A stretch of DNA of 63,865 nt from Podarcis vaucheri. Its lineage: Eukaryota. Under the pieces are notes generated by a model that saw only the letters and a program-made list of their open reading frames with translations, did no database searches and was not told where the DNA came from. This document shows, piece by piece, positions 48,690 to 60,800 of this stretch (its first letter is position 1; the number at the start of each line of letters is the position of its first letter). A program made the position numbers and the translations under genes. Location of the stretch: NCBI GenBank assembly GCA_965113315.1, contig OZ220371.1. The stretch is one strand, 5' to 3'.

Positions 48690-50361
48690 CCCAAGCTGAT
48701 GGCAGGCATAATTGGTTCTGCCACTTAATTAACTGTAATTTTGGGAGATGAATGCATATGCAGAAATTTTTGCATGCAACAGCAGTTCTTCTTCTGCATT
48801 CAAATTCTCAGGAGCTTGGCCAATTAGACTATTCTGGGCTACTGAATTTGCAGGTCGCTTTTTCAAGCAAAGACAATAAAAATGAAGCAAAACAGAGATT
48901 GCTTGTTGTCAAATACAAATAAAGGGTGAGGGGGGAATCTTCAAAGGGCACCTTTTTCTGAACAGCTGAACAATTTTGCACAACAAAATTAATAATTCAG
49001 CTACTGGAAACATCACATGTGCATAGCACTGCAAGCAGACCACTGGCATTTTCATTTCAAATTTGTACAGTCTTTGGTCAATGCACATCATCTGCATTTC
49101 TAACACCTGCTTCAGTCAGCTATGAAGTGCAGTACTATCTATAAATCTTCTTTCATCTTTAAGCTGTCCAGCCAATAATATAAAAAAGAACTGCACAATG
49201 GCTGCTAATTATTTAGCTTTATGAGGATATGAAACTATTCACATTGTTTTTGATGTATTTAAAATTCCATATACTAAAAAAAATGTTTTAAAGAGTAACA
49301 TTATTGCTATCCTATTTGCACATAATGTGCATTTTGTCTTTTAAAAAACTGGCATTACATTTACTCTCACCAGCAAAAAATAAAAATAAAGTAAAATAAA
49401 ATTTAAAAACGGAAGTAAACTACAGTACAATTAAGCAATAATGCACAACAGGGTGTACCTTAATAGGCCATTAACCACATGCCTCAGGTGTATTGATAGG
49501 CAGGAGGCCAAAACAAGGAGGACTTCAAATAATCCATAAGTGCACCAATGGCTCATTAGTGCATACCACAGAATTATTTGTTGCTATAGTAATATGCACA
49601 ACATCAACATAAAAAGAGAGATTTACGGTTGGGCGATGTCACAAGCAATCTTTCATTGAACAGGTTTGTCCATGTGTAGGCTTAAAAGTTGCCAGAAGCC
49701 TGTAGTAGAAAGAAAACTAGCAAACCAGAAATAAAGACTATAATGCTTGAGGAATGTTTTTTCCTTTCCCCCAGCAAATCCTGTGGGATTACTCCAGACT
49801 AATCAATTTAAGTGTTCTAGCATACGGATGAGAAATTGGTTTTACTAATGAAGGCAACCCGATTTTCTTCTTTACATTCCTAGCTCTTGAACGAGCAGAC
49901 AGTGTTAGATAGGGAATAGACGAAGGTGCTTTTGTACATGCCACTATCTTCCAACCACAAGGCCTCATCTCACATACATAGTTGTAAGAATTTCTCCTGC
50001 TGGGCTGCAGAAGGTTAATAGACACAATAAGACATGGAAAGGATTCTGAGAACTCTTGAAAGACAGCACACTTCTGGAAACCTTCCTGTATGCATTTCAT
50101 CATCCGTCTTCCTGAAATTTATCTCAAAGAACTGCAGCCATAAGAGATGCATGGTAGGTAACTGCTTTTTCTTCTTACCACTTATATATATGGAACACCA
50201 ATTCAAGTTGTTGCTGATCACCTATAAACCCTTATATGAGCTCAACCAATATGATCTCCAATTGTTCATAAATTTATGGGAGAGAACCTATAGCAGATTT
50301 CATTCACTCATGAGATGAGATCTGTCCAGGTGCAAAGCAACTGCCTGCCACTGGTGGTTCT

Positions 50362-50649
50362 CAGGCCAGCCCTACCATTTGGCAATTGCCTTAGGCAAGA
50401 CAGGCTGTGGAGCAGTATAGACAACCCTCTGGCTGTTCCCTTCAGTGGGAAAAAAGAATAGGATGTGCTACATGGCCTGTCATGCATCTGCTACACAACC
50501 CTGCCTACCCTCAGATGTGGTGGGGGATGCTTTCCCATCACCAGTGTTGAAGCAAGTTTCAATTGCCAGTCCAGTCAGCTTCTGTACGTGGAAATGAGGT
50601 GTCATGCTATCTTTGCTTCAGGCAGTCCAAGTGTCTTGAGCAGGCCCTG
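50362..50649. mobile_element. Degenerate hAT-like non-autonomous element
   Basis: Ends CAGGCCAGCCC / GAGCAGGCCCTG form imperfect TIRs. No clean TSD. Confidence 0.4.
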
Positions 50650-51914
50650 GTAGATTTGCAGTTAAAATATCTAAACCATTCTAGGATCTATGACACCAAG
50701 ACATTTCAAATCAAAAGATCTCCAAAACCCGTTTCAGATTAATGAAAGTTTGAAATAATTTCCACAAGCTAAGTCATCAAACAGTTCACTGCCATAGCAA
50801 AGCGTCGCCATTTCCAGTCTACTCAAAAGAAAAGAAGGTGGGTTGTATCCCATTATGTTCTATTCAGAGTAGATTTATTGAAATTAATGGACCTAAGTTA
50901 GTACATGGGTCCTCTCAAATAAACAGCAAGGAGTAAGGAATCTGAGCTAAAAGAATCTAAAGCTGAAAAGAGGATCAATTCTCCACAATTCCTAACAGAG
51001 AAAAGGAAAACTGACTATTGAGAATATGAAATTACACTATGAAGACATAGTTGCAACAGCTAGATGTTATACACATTATTATTCAACATCAGTAGTGAAC
51101 ACTTACTTTAGTTGCTTAAAATAAGCGCTCATAAGAAAGGCAAAGAGGTATGTTTGGCCAACATTCTTCAAACATTTTTCTTTCTTTTAAAAAACATTGC
51201 CTGATTTTACAAACTGGGAAAGAAGATATTATCAACAAGCCAGTCTCCTCCCCTGAAACTTTCTGCACAATGTTTTGGTTTTTTTAACACAATGTAGAAC
51301 AATTAACAGCAAAAAGCATGAACAGCATTTGGTGCAATATAATGAAATAAAAATGCCAGTCAATTGGTTAGTTCCACACCAATGGAATTTCTTTAAATAG
51401 TAATGAAATCATTGCTTGAAAAAAATAAAAATCCATCATTATTAAAAAAAATAAAGAAGTTGGCTCAGCCTATGAAAATTAGATTTGTAAGTTGTTGGTC
51501 ATTCTCATAATTAAATCTCTGTCACAAATTTGCAAGAAAAATGGACACTGCACCTAATGCATTTACACAGGTCCTGTCAGGCTATATAAAGCATTATGCC
51601 TACTAAAATGGAGTAGATAAGAATTCCATACATTTTTATTAGAAGGGCATTTTGTGGAAGGATGGTGTGTGCATGTACATATCTAAATTTATGTACAGTC
51701 ACACTGTTCTTATATTAGCACCAAGCTGCTAACAAGCACTTCAACACAACAGTCTTTAGAAACAATACATCCAGAATAACTGGGCAACAGTGCAATTAGT
51801 TAATATTTAAGCATTTTATCCCTTTAATGCAGGAACCAGTTGCCTTTGGCAGGTGAACTCCAACAACACCAATTATTCCAGGTCTGCGACAGTATAATAA
51901 AATGTGTATTTTAT

Positions 51915-52490
51915 TGTATAATTATTTTTATTATATTTGTTTCTATCCTGCCTTTTAGGACAAGCCTTCACAAGGCAGTTTACAATAAAAATGGAAAATA
52001 CATCACATAATTGAACAAACAACATCTGGTAAAATGGCATCAGATAAAACAAAGCATCAGATAAAGTCATAAACAGGGGTCCAGCAATTTTTAAAAAAGA
52101 AAAATCCTTACTGGCTTATTATTATTACTATGTTCTGCCTCAAGAGACAAGGCAAAGCAGAGATCTCAGGGGAGAAAATTCCACCACTGAAACGTCTCCA
52201 TTGGTTGTTGGGCAGAGAGCAGGGCCCAGCAAGTTCATATGAGAGTAGGTACTCTTTTAAGAAACATACTCCCAAAACTGTTCTGGACTTCAAATATCAC
52301 TAACACATTAGCATCTGAAAACATAGGAAACCTCTGCAATCAATGAAAATTTGTATAATAATATGATAAAGCCACCTACATACACACATGCATTCTGGAC
52401 ACTGGATTCTGCACTAGCCAAAGTTTCCTGTCTTCAAAGGCAGTCCTCTGTAGAGAGCATTGCAGGAGTGTAGTCTAGATTTAATCAGCA
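51915..52490 (-). mobile_element. Old L2-like fragment
   Basis: TTTCTATCCTGCCTTT...AAGGCAGTTTACAA tail, and GCATTCTGGAC...CTTCAAAGGCAGTCC...AGAGCATTGCA reverse-strand ORF2 remnants. Confidence 0.5.
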
Positions 52491-54604
52491 TTTTTTTTAT
52501 AACTACATGCTATGCAACCTAATCCTATGTGTTTACTGAAAAGTAAGTCCCACTGTGTTCAATGGATTTATTCTCAAATAAATGTGCATAGAGCTACCAT
52601 CTTAGAGCCACAGTTATTGCTGATAACCAACTGCTTTGAATTACTAAAATGCTATCATATTTTATTAAGTTGCTGTCATGGGGAAAACTCAAATCACTTA
52701 TGTTCCACAATTATTCTAAACCCAACTTTTTAAATGAGGGGAGGAGATAATGATATTAAAACTCAGAGCAATTCTCTGTGGCATAATTCTAAAATATTCT
52801 CTTGGTCTGAAATTTATGTAAATTGAATTCATCTATCATTAGTTAATTACCAGGCTAGCTACAGGAAAAAAAGTTTTCTGTAACAATTAGTTCTTTAAAA
52901 CACTATGTTTTAATTAGACCTATGATGTTATTACATTAGTTATAAATATGCACATATTTCTGTCTGCAAAACTATAGCAATTCATTTTCTGAGATTGGTT
53001 TGAAGTTTAGTTTCAAATTCTAAAAACCATACATCCAGTATATGCCTCTGTCATTGCCAGTAAATGCAGACTATCAAATGCTAATATATTTAAATAACTG
53101 GAGAATACATATTATTTCAGAAAGCTCTCATTCATATCTCCAGGACCTCCAAGAAAAGCACAGCACTTTGTCTGAAAAACTAGATCTCACCAACCATATA
53201 TAAAACCATTCTCTTCTCTTTTCAGGTCACCTGATTGCATATCTGAAAAGCACTTATAGGAATGTCTTTACTGGTCATAGAATTATCACACTATAGGCCA
53301 TCGAACCCAACTCAGTGAACCAGATTTCAGTATCCAACACTCTTTGGGAGATTAGGCCTTGACATACAAACTCATCATCTTGGAGGGCTCTTGCAAATGT
53401 CAGGGTTTGCAGTGCGCTTTACTTTATATGAGGTAACTATGGAGCTGAACGGGCAGATATACTGGAGTTTATGGCACAGGGACAGTTACGCCATATTGTA
53501 CCACATACTAGTCTTATTACATAAAATTTAACTGAAGGCTTAGAAACCAAACAAAGCATGCAGAGTACACTGACCATATTACGCCTGTCCACATTTTTTC
53601 TTGAGATCATGCAGCATAGTAGGGCCACAGTAGTACTACAGCTAGCTGCAAAAGGCAGTTTTGTAGCTAATTGACAGAGGCCTAACACCAGTGCTCTGCA
53701 ATGTATTCTAGTGCTTAAAAAATGGTAAAAGTTGGAAAAATACCAGGCTTCAAGCATTAAGAGCTATATACATGAAAATAACATCTGAGTATGGAATCTC
53801 TCTCTAAATACCTATGTTATTTGCAGCATTTTTGTATATGCATGTTTAACTTATTGATAAGTGTTCATAATGCACAAAGTAATATTGTATGTCCCCTTAT
53901 TTTAAGTATTTACTATAATGCAACTTTTTATCAAAGTAATTGTCAGCACCAATCTTGGGATGAGCAATGTGTATTATAAAGATACAAAATTATACAAAAT
54001 GTCTCTTAAGGGGCCAAACTGTTTGATTTGATGAATACATAAAACAGAGGAAAGAACTACTGAGCTGCCCTTTCTGCATGTTTTTATAGTGTGTGCTCAG
54101 GAAGTGCAGCCCTAACATGTAAATACAGAAATGATACTTTGAGCAGCATTGACTGTATGCTTATTTATACTTCTTCCAATAGCCTCCCTGGGGTCATGGA
54201 GCAGAGAAAAATGGTGACACATCACTGAGTGAATTAGCATTGTCTCTCTCATCATCTGGGCCATGTTTTCCTTTCAAAATCCATGGCCCCTTGATAGAAA
54301 ATAATGATAAACCTCATTAGAAAATCAATATATTGACACTAGCCTCCAAAACATCTGAATAATAATAGATTGTCACCTCATTAAGGAGACTATTAACACA
54401 TACTTAAGCATCATTAAATTATATTGATCAGAGATTATTCATGCACTAATTTTCCAAAAAGCAGGAGACACAGAAAAGAAATACAAGCTTGGGTATATTT
54501 AATGAGCACCAGGATAATAACAGTCTCCAATTCTCCTCCCAAGCAATACAAATATTAAACAATGGTACATTAAAGAGGCATATAAAAAAAAATGGATTAC
54601 TCAC

Positions 54605-54643
54605 CAAAAAACTTCCAAATGCTGAATTAAATATAGCGGCTGC
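54605..54643 (-). CDS. SLC10A7: SLC10A7 internal coding exon (39 nt, equivalent to mammalian exon 5), AAAIFNSAFGSFL
   Basis: The minus strand reads ttttttctttatttag|GCAGCCGCTATATTTAATTCAGCATTTGGAAGTTTTTTG|gtgagta, with canonical AG/GT sites. The peptide matches the recalled vertebrate SLC10A7 segment and joins in frame with the two other exons. Confidence 0.96.
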
Positions 54644-56639
54644 CTAAATAAAGAAAAAAGAAAAACCATTAAGTCTTTCTGCTTTATATAAAACACTCCT
54701 TTCATTTCATTCAAATCTTCAAGAATCTAGCTTGCCATCATCACTGCTTATAACAACTGCAAGTAGCTATAACATTATGTGATTCAGAAAACAAATAGGT
54801 AAACATGGAGGCTGCACAGAAAGCAAATGGACCAATGCCAGTGAATATGATACAAATGATAAACTACTGCTAAAGACCTGTCAAGAGTGATTTTTTTTTT
54901 TACATGGCTGACACAAATAGTACAAACAGACCAACAGTATAATCCTAACATAAACTTACTAGAGAAGACGTCTTACTGAGCTCAGTGCTTAGAAATATAC
55001 TGTTACTATTGGGGAAAATAAAAATCCAATACTGGGAAAATTCTGAAAAATAATTGAATATAATAGTGTTACTCATCCAAATTATGAGAACTTCTCAACT
55101 GTAGCAAGCCATATTTTACTTTAATATTAGGCATCTACATTATGAACTTTTAACTGAATACATTTTGAAATAGGTAAACCATAAGAACACAAGACTTTTA
55201 ATCCTGAAGGCCAGAGATACCGATAGAATGTAAGGAACTCAACAAGTAAGAAAAATAAATGACTTTGAATTGATTTTAAATAAAGTGTTGTGCTTACCTA
55301 AATTTCCAAGAAACAATGATGGAAACAAGCATTAAGGATAAGCTATCAAACTCCACGAGACATAAAATATTTACAATCTTGTAAAGCTTTCCCCTTTGCT
55401 ATCAGAGAAGAAGAAACCCTTGCATGACATCCACTTCGATGGTGCAGAACCAGGATTAGAGGGAAGGGAAGTGGGGGTGGGGAGAGCAGAACCTGCCATT
55501 TAAATGAAGAACGGAGGCAGAATCAAGTTAATCACCAAGGATGTCTTGCAGCCACAGAGCAAGGACGTTTGAAAGAGCTGGCAAGTTTGAACCAAATCCA
55601 AACACAGGCTAAGCTGAAGCAGAACCTGCCTTCTGCCTCTATAAAGAGATTGCAATGTGAATGAATGACTAATGAGATGCTTGGCTCCAGAGAGCTTAGC
55701 TTTCTTATTCGAGTTCATAATTAATTCAAAGCTTTGATAATTTCATTAGAGTCATCCTTTGCTGGCCTTATCAATAAAAGATAGCACTGGACTGCAGCCT
55801 CTCTCAGTGGCCCAAACACACAAGGAAACACAGGTTTAGAAACCTTTGCCTAGCTGCTTGCTCACCAGCTAGTGAGCAAGCGAGCAAGGACAATGGCATA
55901 TGGCAGTCTTCATTGCGCAGGGAGCTTCTGAATAGACAGAGCTGAATAAAACATCACAGTTGACAGTTGTAGAACTACAGCAACATATTTTAACACCTCT
56001 ACCTCATCTGCATTCTGCTTCTGAACATAAGGAGTAGGCACTAGTCCAGACAACTCTGCTAGCCAGCAATCACAGGTAGAGAACAGGAACATGTATTCTC
56101 TGAAAAGGAGGAATTTAACTAATAGTCTACCAAGCTATAGTTTCAAACCTTGAGACAGGTGCGCCCTGTAAGCATATCCAATATTCACCCACAAAGCTGT
56201 AAAAGCACTTCAGACAAGAACTGCCCTCTCTAGTATGAACTTATCTCCCTTGCAATCATCTTCTAAGGCTGTCTTCTAGGTGTCCTTGCCTTTACAGGTT
56301 TGCTGAGTAGTACCTGGACATAAGTCATTTTTCACCCGCTTTGCACAAATGATACCCACTGAGCAGAATGGCCCTAGAATGAAGCAATCTGGTTTAGGTG
56401 TTTCTGTATGGTAGATCTGGTGCATTAAAAATGGAACAAAGCTTTTCACAGTGTTGATCCTAATTGGGGGGTGGCAGCATTTGACCTTTGGGTAGCAAAA
56501 TGTCTTGGGCTTGCACTGCCCCAAAGACATTCATGTGGCATGAGCAATATTATATTTTAGGGTACTCAGTGAAAGCAGCTTTATTCTCTTGAGCATTTAA
56601 TGGAATGCTTCTCTGCTGTACTTTGTCTGCTTTAGTGTA

Positions 56640-57512
56640 AATATCTTCGCAGAAGCTTACGAAAAGCTTGGCCTATTGCTCAACATCCAAAAAACCAAAA
56701 TGCTGTACCAATAAGCACAAAACTACCCCTCTGCAGTTCCACAAATCCAGCTCAGTGGTGTAACATTGGAAAGTGTTGATCACTTCTCCTACCTGGGCAG
56801 TTAAAATTGATGCCAAAATCCAGCATCGCCTGAGCTCTGCGAGTGCAGCTTTCTCCCAACTGAAGTGCAGAGTGTCTGAGGACTGGGACATTTGCAAGGA
56901 AGCCAAAATGCTTGTTTAAAAAGCTATTGTACTATTTCCAACTCCTCAAAAGATTCCATCAACGGTGTCTCTGAAAATTTTTACACATCACTTGGGAAGA
57001 CAGGCAAACTAATGCCAGAGTACTAGAAGAAGCAAAGGTCACCAGTGTCGAAGCAATGATTCTTCAACATCAACTTTTTTGGACTGGTCATGTTGTTTGG
57101 ATACCTGATTATCATCTTCCAAAGCAACTACTTTATACTGAACTTAAAAATGGAAAGCATAATGCTGGTGGTCAGCAAAAGAGGTTTAAAGGCAAATCTT
57201 AAAAAATGTAGTATAAACAGACAACTCAGAAACACTGGCCTGCGAATGTTCCAATTGGAGAACAGCCTTCACCAAAGGTTTCGTGGACTTTGAAGATGCC
57301 CAAACTCAGGACAAAAGAGAGAAACATGTTAAGAGGAAGGCATGTTTGGCAAACCCTCACTGTGATCAACTCCCACCCGGAATCCTATGTCCCCACTGTG
57401 GAAGGATGTGTGGATCCAGAATTGGCCTCCAGAGTCACTTACGGACTCACTGGTAAGACCGTGTTCATGGAAGACAATCTTATTCGGCTACAAATGATTG
57501 CCGAAGGAGAGT
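56640..57512 (+). mobile_element. RTE-clade LINE, 5'-truncated and degenerate
   Basis: Translates with stops and indels to IFAEAYEKLGLLLNIQKTK...VDHFSYLGS...RFHQRCL...WTGHVV...LPKQLLY...CPHCGRMCGSRIGLQSHLRTH. This is the end of an RT domain followed by a C-terminal C2H2 finger. Confidence 0.88.
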
Positions 57513-57763
57513 ATTGAGATTTTGAAAATAAGATTTTAAGTAGATTTTTAAAAAGTTAGACTGTTTTAATGTTTGTACATCTGGGTAAGGTAGGGCATAA
57601 CTATTAAAGCAGTGGATTATGTGGAATCACAGATGGATACTCACCATTTCTGGCTCTGTATGGGCTAGAGACATACATGGCACCCAACATGCACAGCGCA
57701 CCATTTCAGAATCTACTTAGCACAGGGAGGCCTAACAGTATATTTCCAGAATAGCTTTAGCAG

Positions 57764-57892
57764 CAAGGGTGGGACACCTGCAGCCCTCCAGATATTCCTA
57801 GACTACAACTCCCAAGTTTCCTGACCTTTAGGTGGAGCTGATGGAAGCTAGACTCTAACACCACCTGGAGGGCAACAGGTTCCCCATCCTTG
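57764..57892. mobile_element. Degenerate palindromic hAT MITE
   Basis: GCCCTCCAGAT...GACTACAACTCCCA ... CTGGAGGGCAACAGGTTCCCCATCCTTG. Confidence 0.7.
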
Positions 57893-60800
57893 CTGTATAG
57901 TGGTTTTTAGGTGGGTGGGTGTGGGACAGAGAGAGAGTACCATCATGCAGCCGCACTGGAAGATCTGTAGAGCCTCATCACAATCCTGGATGTCCAATTC
58001 CCTGACCCACATTAAGCTTTCCACTTCCCTTTGTAAGTCTCAGAACATATATTCAAATTCCACAACCTGGTGCCCCTCATATGTTTTGAATTACAACTCC
58101 CATCAGCCCCAGCCAGGAGCACATAAATACAGGATTCTGCACTGTCAGGCCATGGGTAAGTCTTACAGGGAGCTACAGAGGGCAAGAGGGTGCTAAACCC
58201 ATGTTTGCTTTTTTTGGCTTCACCTGGGTGTTCAGCATAACATCTAATTTGGCCCTAAATTGCAAACCCATACTAAACTGAATCAGTGAGAAGTTGTGCC
58301 TAAAAGAGCCACATCAAGCATCCTTTTTCTTTTGAAGTGCTCCTTTTGGAACCAAAGTTAATATTATCTCAGTTTAAGTCTTAACTGTGATTTCCAAGAA
58401 TTAGATGCTCTCCTTTTTAGAAGTATGTTCACATACCTCTGAGGCTTAAAAAATAAAAAATAGGAATGCATTTTATCTCAGCTCCTGCTCATAACTATTC
58501 ATTTGACATCAGAATGGAAAAGAATATATATTCAAGTTATTGGTTGTTGGTGCTAAATTGAATCAGGTGTCCTTTCCTCTTAAGAAAATTAAGTTGCTTT
58601 TGTGCACGAGTGTTTTAATGAGAACAGAGCCTGCCGACATTGATAAATGGGAATGACACCAGAGAGAGCATGTAAGCAGGACAATATGTGCATGTTACAG
58701 TCTTACAGCCTATTTTTCACTGACTATCCTGAATGACTTCACCGTTTCTTAAGGGACCTATTAATCTCAAATTTAGTTATTACACAACGTTTATTTGAAC
58801 ATATATTCTGGGGATGATGACAGTTAATAAAGGAAATTTTTTACGAGCAGTATTTTTACATATTGTTCCAGCCACAGCTCCCTTCTCATTCTTCTGTATT
58901 GATGGAACACTCTGGTTATGATGCAGCTTTATTTAAGAAGGGGGGGAAGTACATATATTCAGATGCTTTTTTAAGCACACGGGGACTCTTAAATAACTGT
59001 TAAAATGCATATAAAAATCCTATTGCAGAACAGCAAAATAAAAGTGTGGCGCTAACTGCTTGACAAAAGACAGGGAATGAATAAAATGGTCCCTTTAAGG
59101 CAAACAAAAAACTGCCCATGTTGTGTCTTTTAGTACTTCACCACCACTTTAACACACAGTGAGATCCAGATTCTGTCTTTTGATAAGCCTTTGTAGTTGA
59201 ACTAAGTGGAAACTGAATGCATATCTGGAGTTGAATGTGCACTAGATTACTACTTGTTCTGGAACATGGACCTTCCTAGCAACAAAAACAGGGTTGCATG
59301 GCACGCAAGCCCTATCACACATATCTAAAAACACTGAAGGTGAAAATTTAGATCCTCACATCCCTCCTTGTCTCTGTTACATGACCCATGGTAGATGACA
59401 CGTCCGAAGGAGACAACTGAATGCCTTCATTCATTCATTTAAGTCATAAACTAAAAGCAAAAGTATTACTGATTTAATTGGCTGGAGCAGGATGCACTAC
59501 ACAGAGGGAACACAGATCTCTGGGATTTGCTATTAAATTCATCTTGAAAAACATTATCATGTGGGTAAAGGGGGAGGGGGAGGAAAGAAAGCAACAATAC
59601 ACCCTTGGGAAGTGAAGAAGGAAGATTAGCTCAACAATAGCTATTCCACAAAGGACAGGATCTCTTCCCCAAGTCCCTGGTTAGAAGATTATATAATATA
59701 CTTCAACTCTGAGCCTTCCACTCAGCTCTCACGTTCTAAAGCTATTTCACCTGTTGTTGGTTTGCTGGTTTGAAGAGGTGGCAGTGCCTGCAATGCCAAA
59801 CCCCAGCTTGGAGTGGGGTAGAGGAGAAGAATCCACCTGCCTCAGGGTTGTCTCTTTGCATGCAATATTGCACCTGCAAATGTTCCGTGTCTGAGAACTT
59901 TACAATTAGCAAGTGTCCTTCAAGAGTCCCAATTGTATTGCAGACTTTGGGAACTCGATCTTCAAGTTCCTGCCTTCTACAAATTCAGAATTTTGTCTCC
60001 TATTACATAGATCAGCCATACACATTTGCTTCTTTATTCAAATTTTCAGTTCCAGGATTTGAAACAAGTCAATAGTGAGTAAACCTTTGCTGGAAATGGG
60101 TGCAAGGGGAATTTGATCAGAGTGCAATTTGACCATACTGGCAATATTGAAATTATAAAAAATAATAATCTGTAAAATCTCTGAAAAGTACAATATTTTG
60201 AAGTATTTTATTATTAAAGCTACTTTTCATTTACAAGTATTTTTCAGAGAACTCTGCATTTCTTCCTTGACAACATCCCAATGATGCACCCTCCAAGCAG
60301 GGCACCTTTGGCTCTTGCTGGGTCTCCCATATAATCCCTACCTGTTCCAGAGTCACTGTGATGCTGGCCAAAGGCTCCCTTGCTTGCAGGGTGCTCCAAA
60401 TGGGCCTTGCCCAGGACCTGGGATCCTTCGCCTCACCAGCCCACCTCCAAGCAGGTATGGTTGAAACTGAGCAAGTCAAATGCATGTAAGATGCACACAG
60501 GATACTGCACAGCCACCACTCTCCACCTAACCTGTCCTTCATCCACCCACCTCCCACCACCGCCAAGAGAAGCAAGCCTGCATTTTAAAATCCATCTCTC
60601 TTCATCATTGGTGGGGGGCATGGCAGAAGGGGAGAAGAACTTCCTTCCCTATATTCCAAAGGCTTCCTCCTCCCATCAGAAGTGGCAGTGGTGGGGAAGG
60701 GTGAAGGGTGAAAAATACTTTCTCTTCATTTCCCTTTCCCACCAGTGGAAATGGTGGTGTTGATGGAAGGAGCATGGGCCACCTGGCTGCCAGCTTGTTC

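Larger units (their letters stand above)
9461..54604 (-). other. SLC10A7: SLC10A7 intron (45,144 nt) between the 39-nt and 36-nt exons
   Basis: GT...AG boundaries. The two flanking exon peptides are contiguous in SLC10A7, so no constitutive coding exon is missing between them. Confidence 0.9.

Noticed and set aside
55292-55325. Recursive splice site (minus strand TTTAG|GTAAGC)
   Set aside because: The polypyrimidine tract is interrupted by GGAAA and the site is only about 650 nt from the next exon. Such motifs occur by chance.
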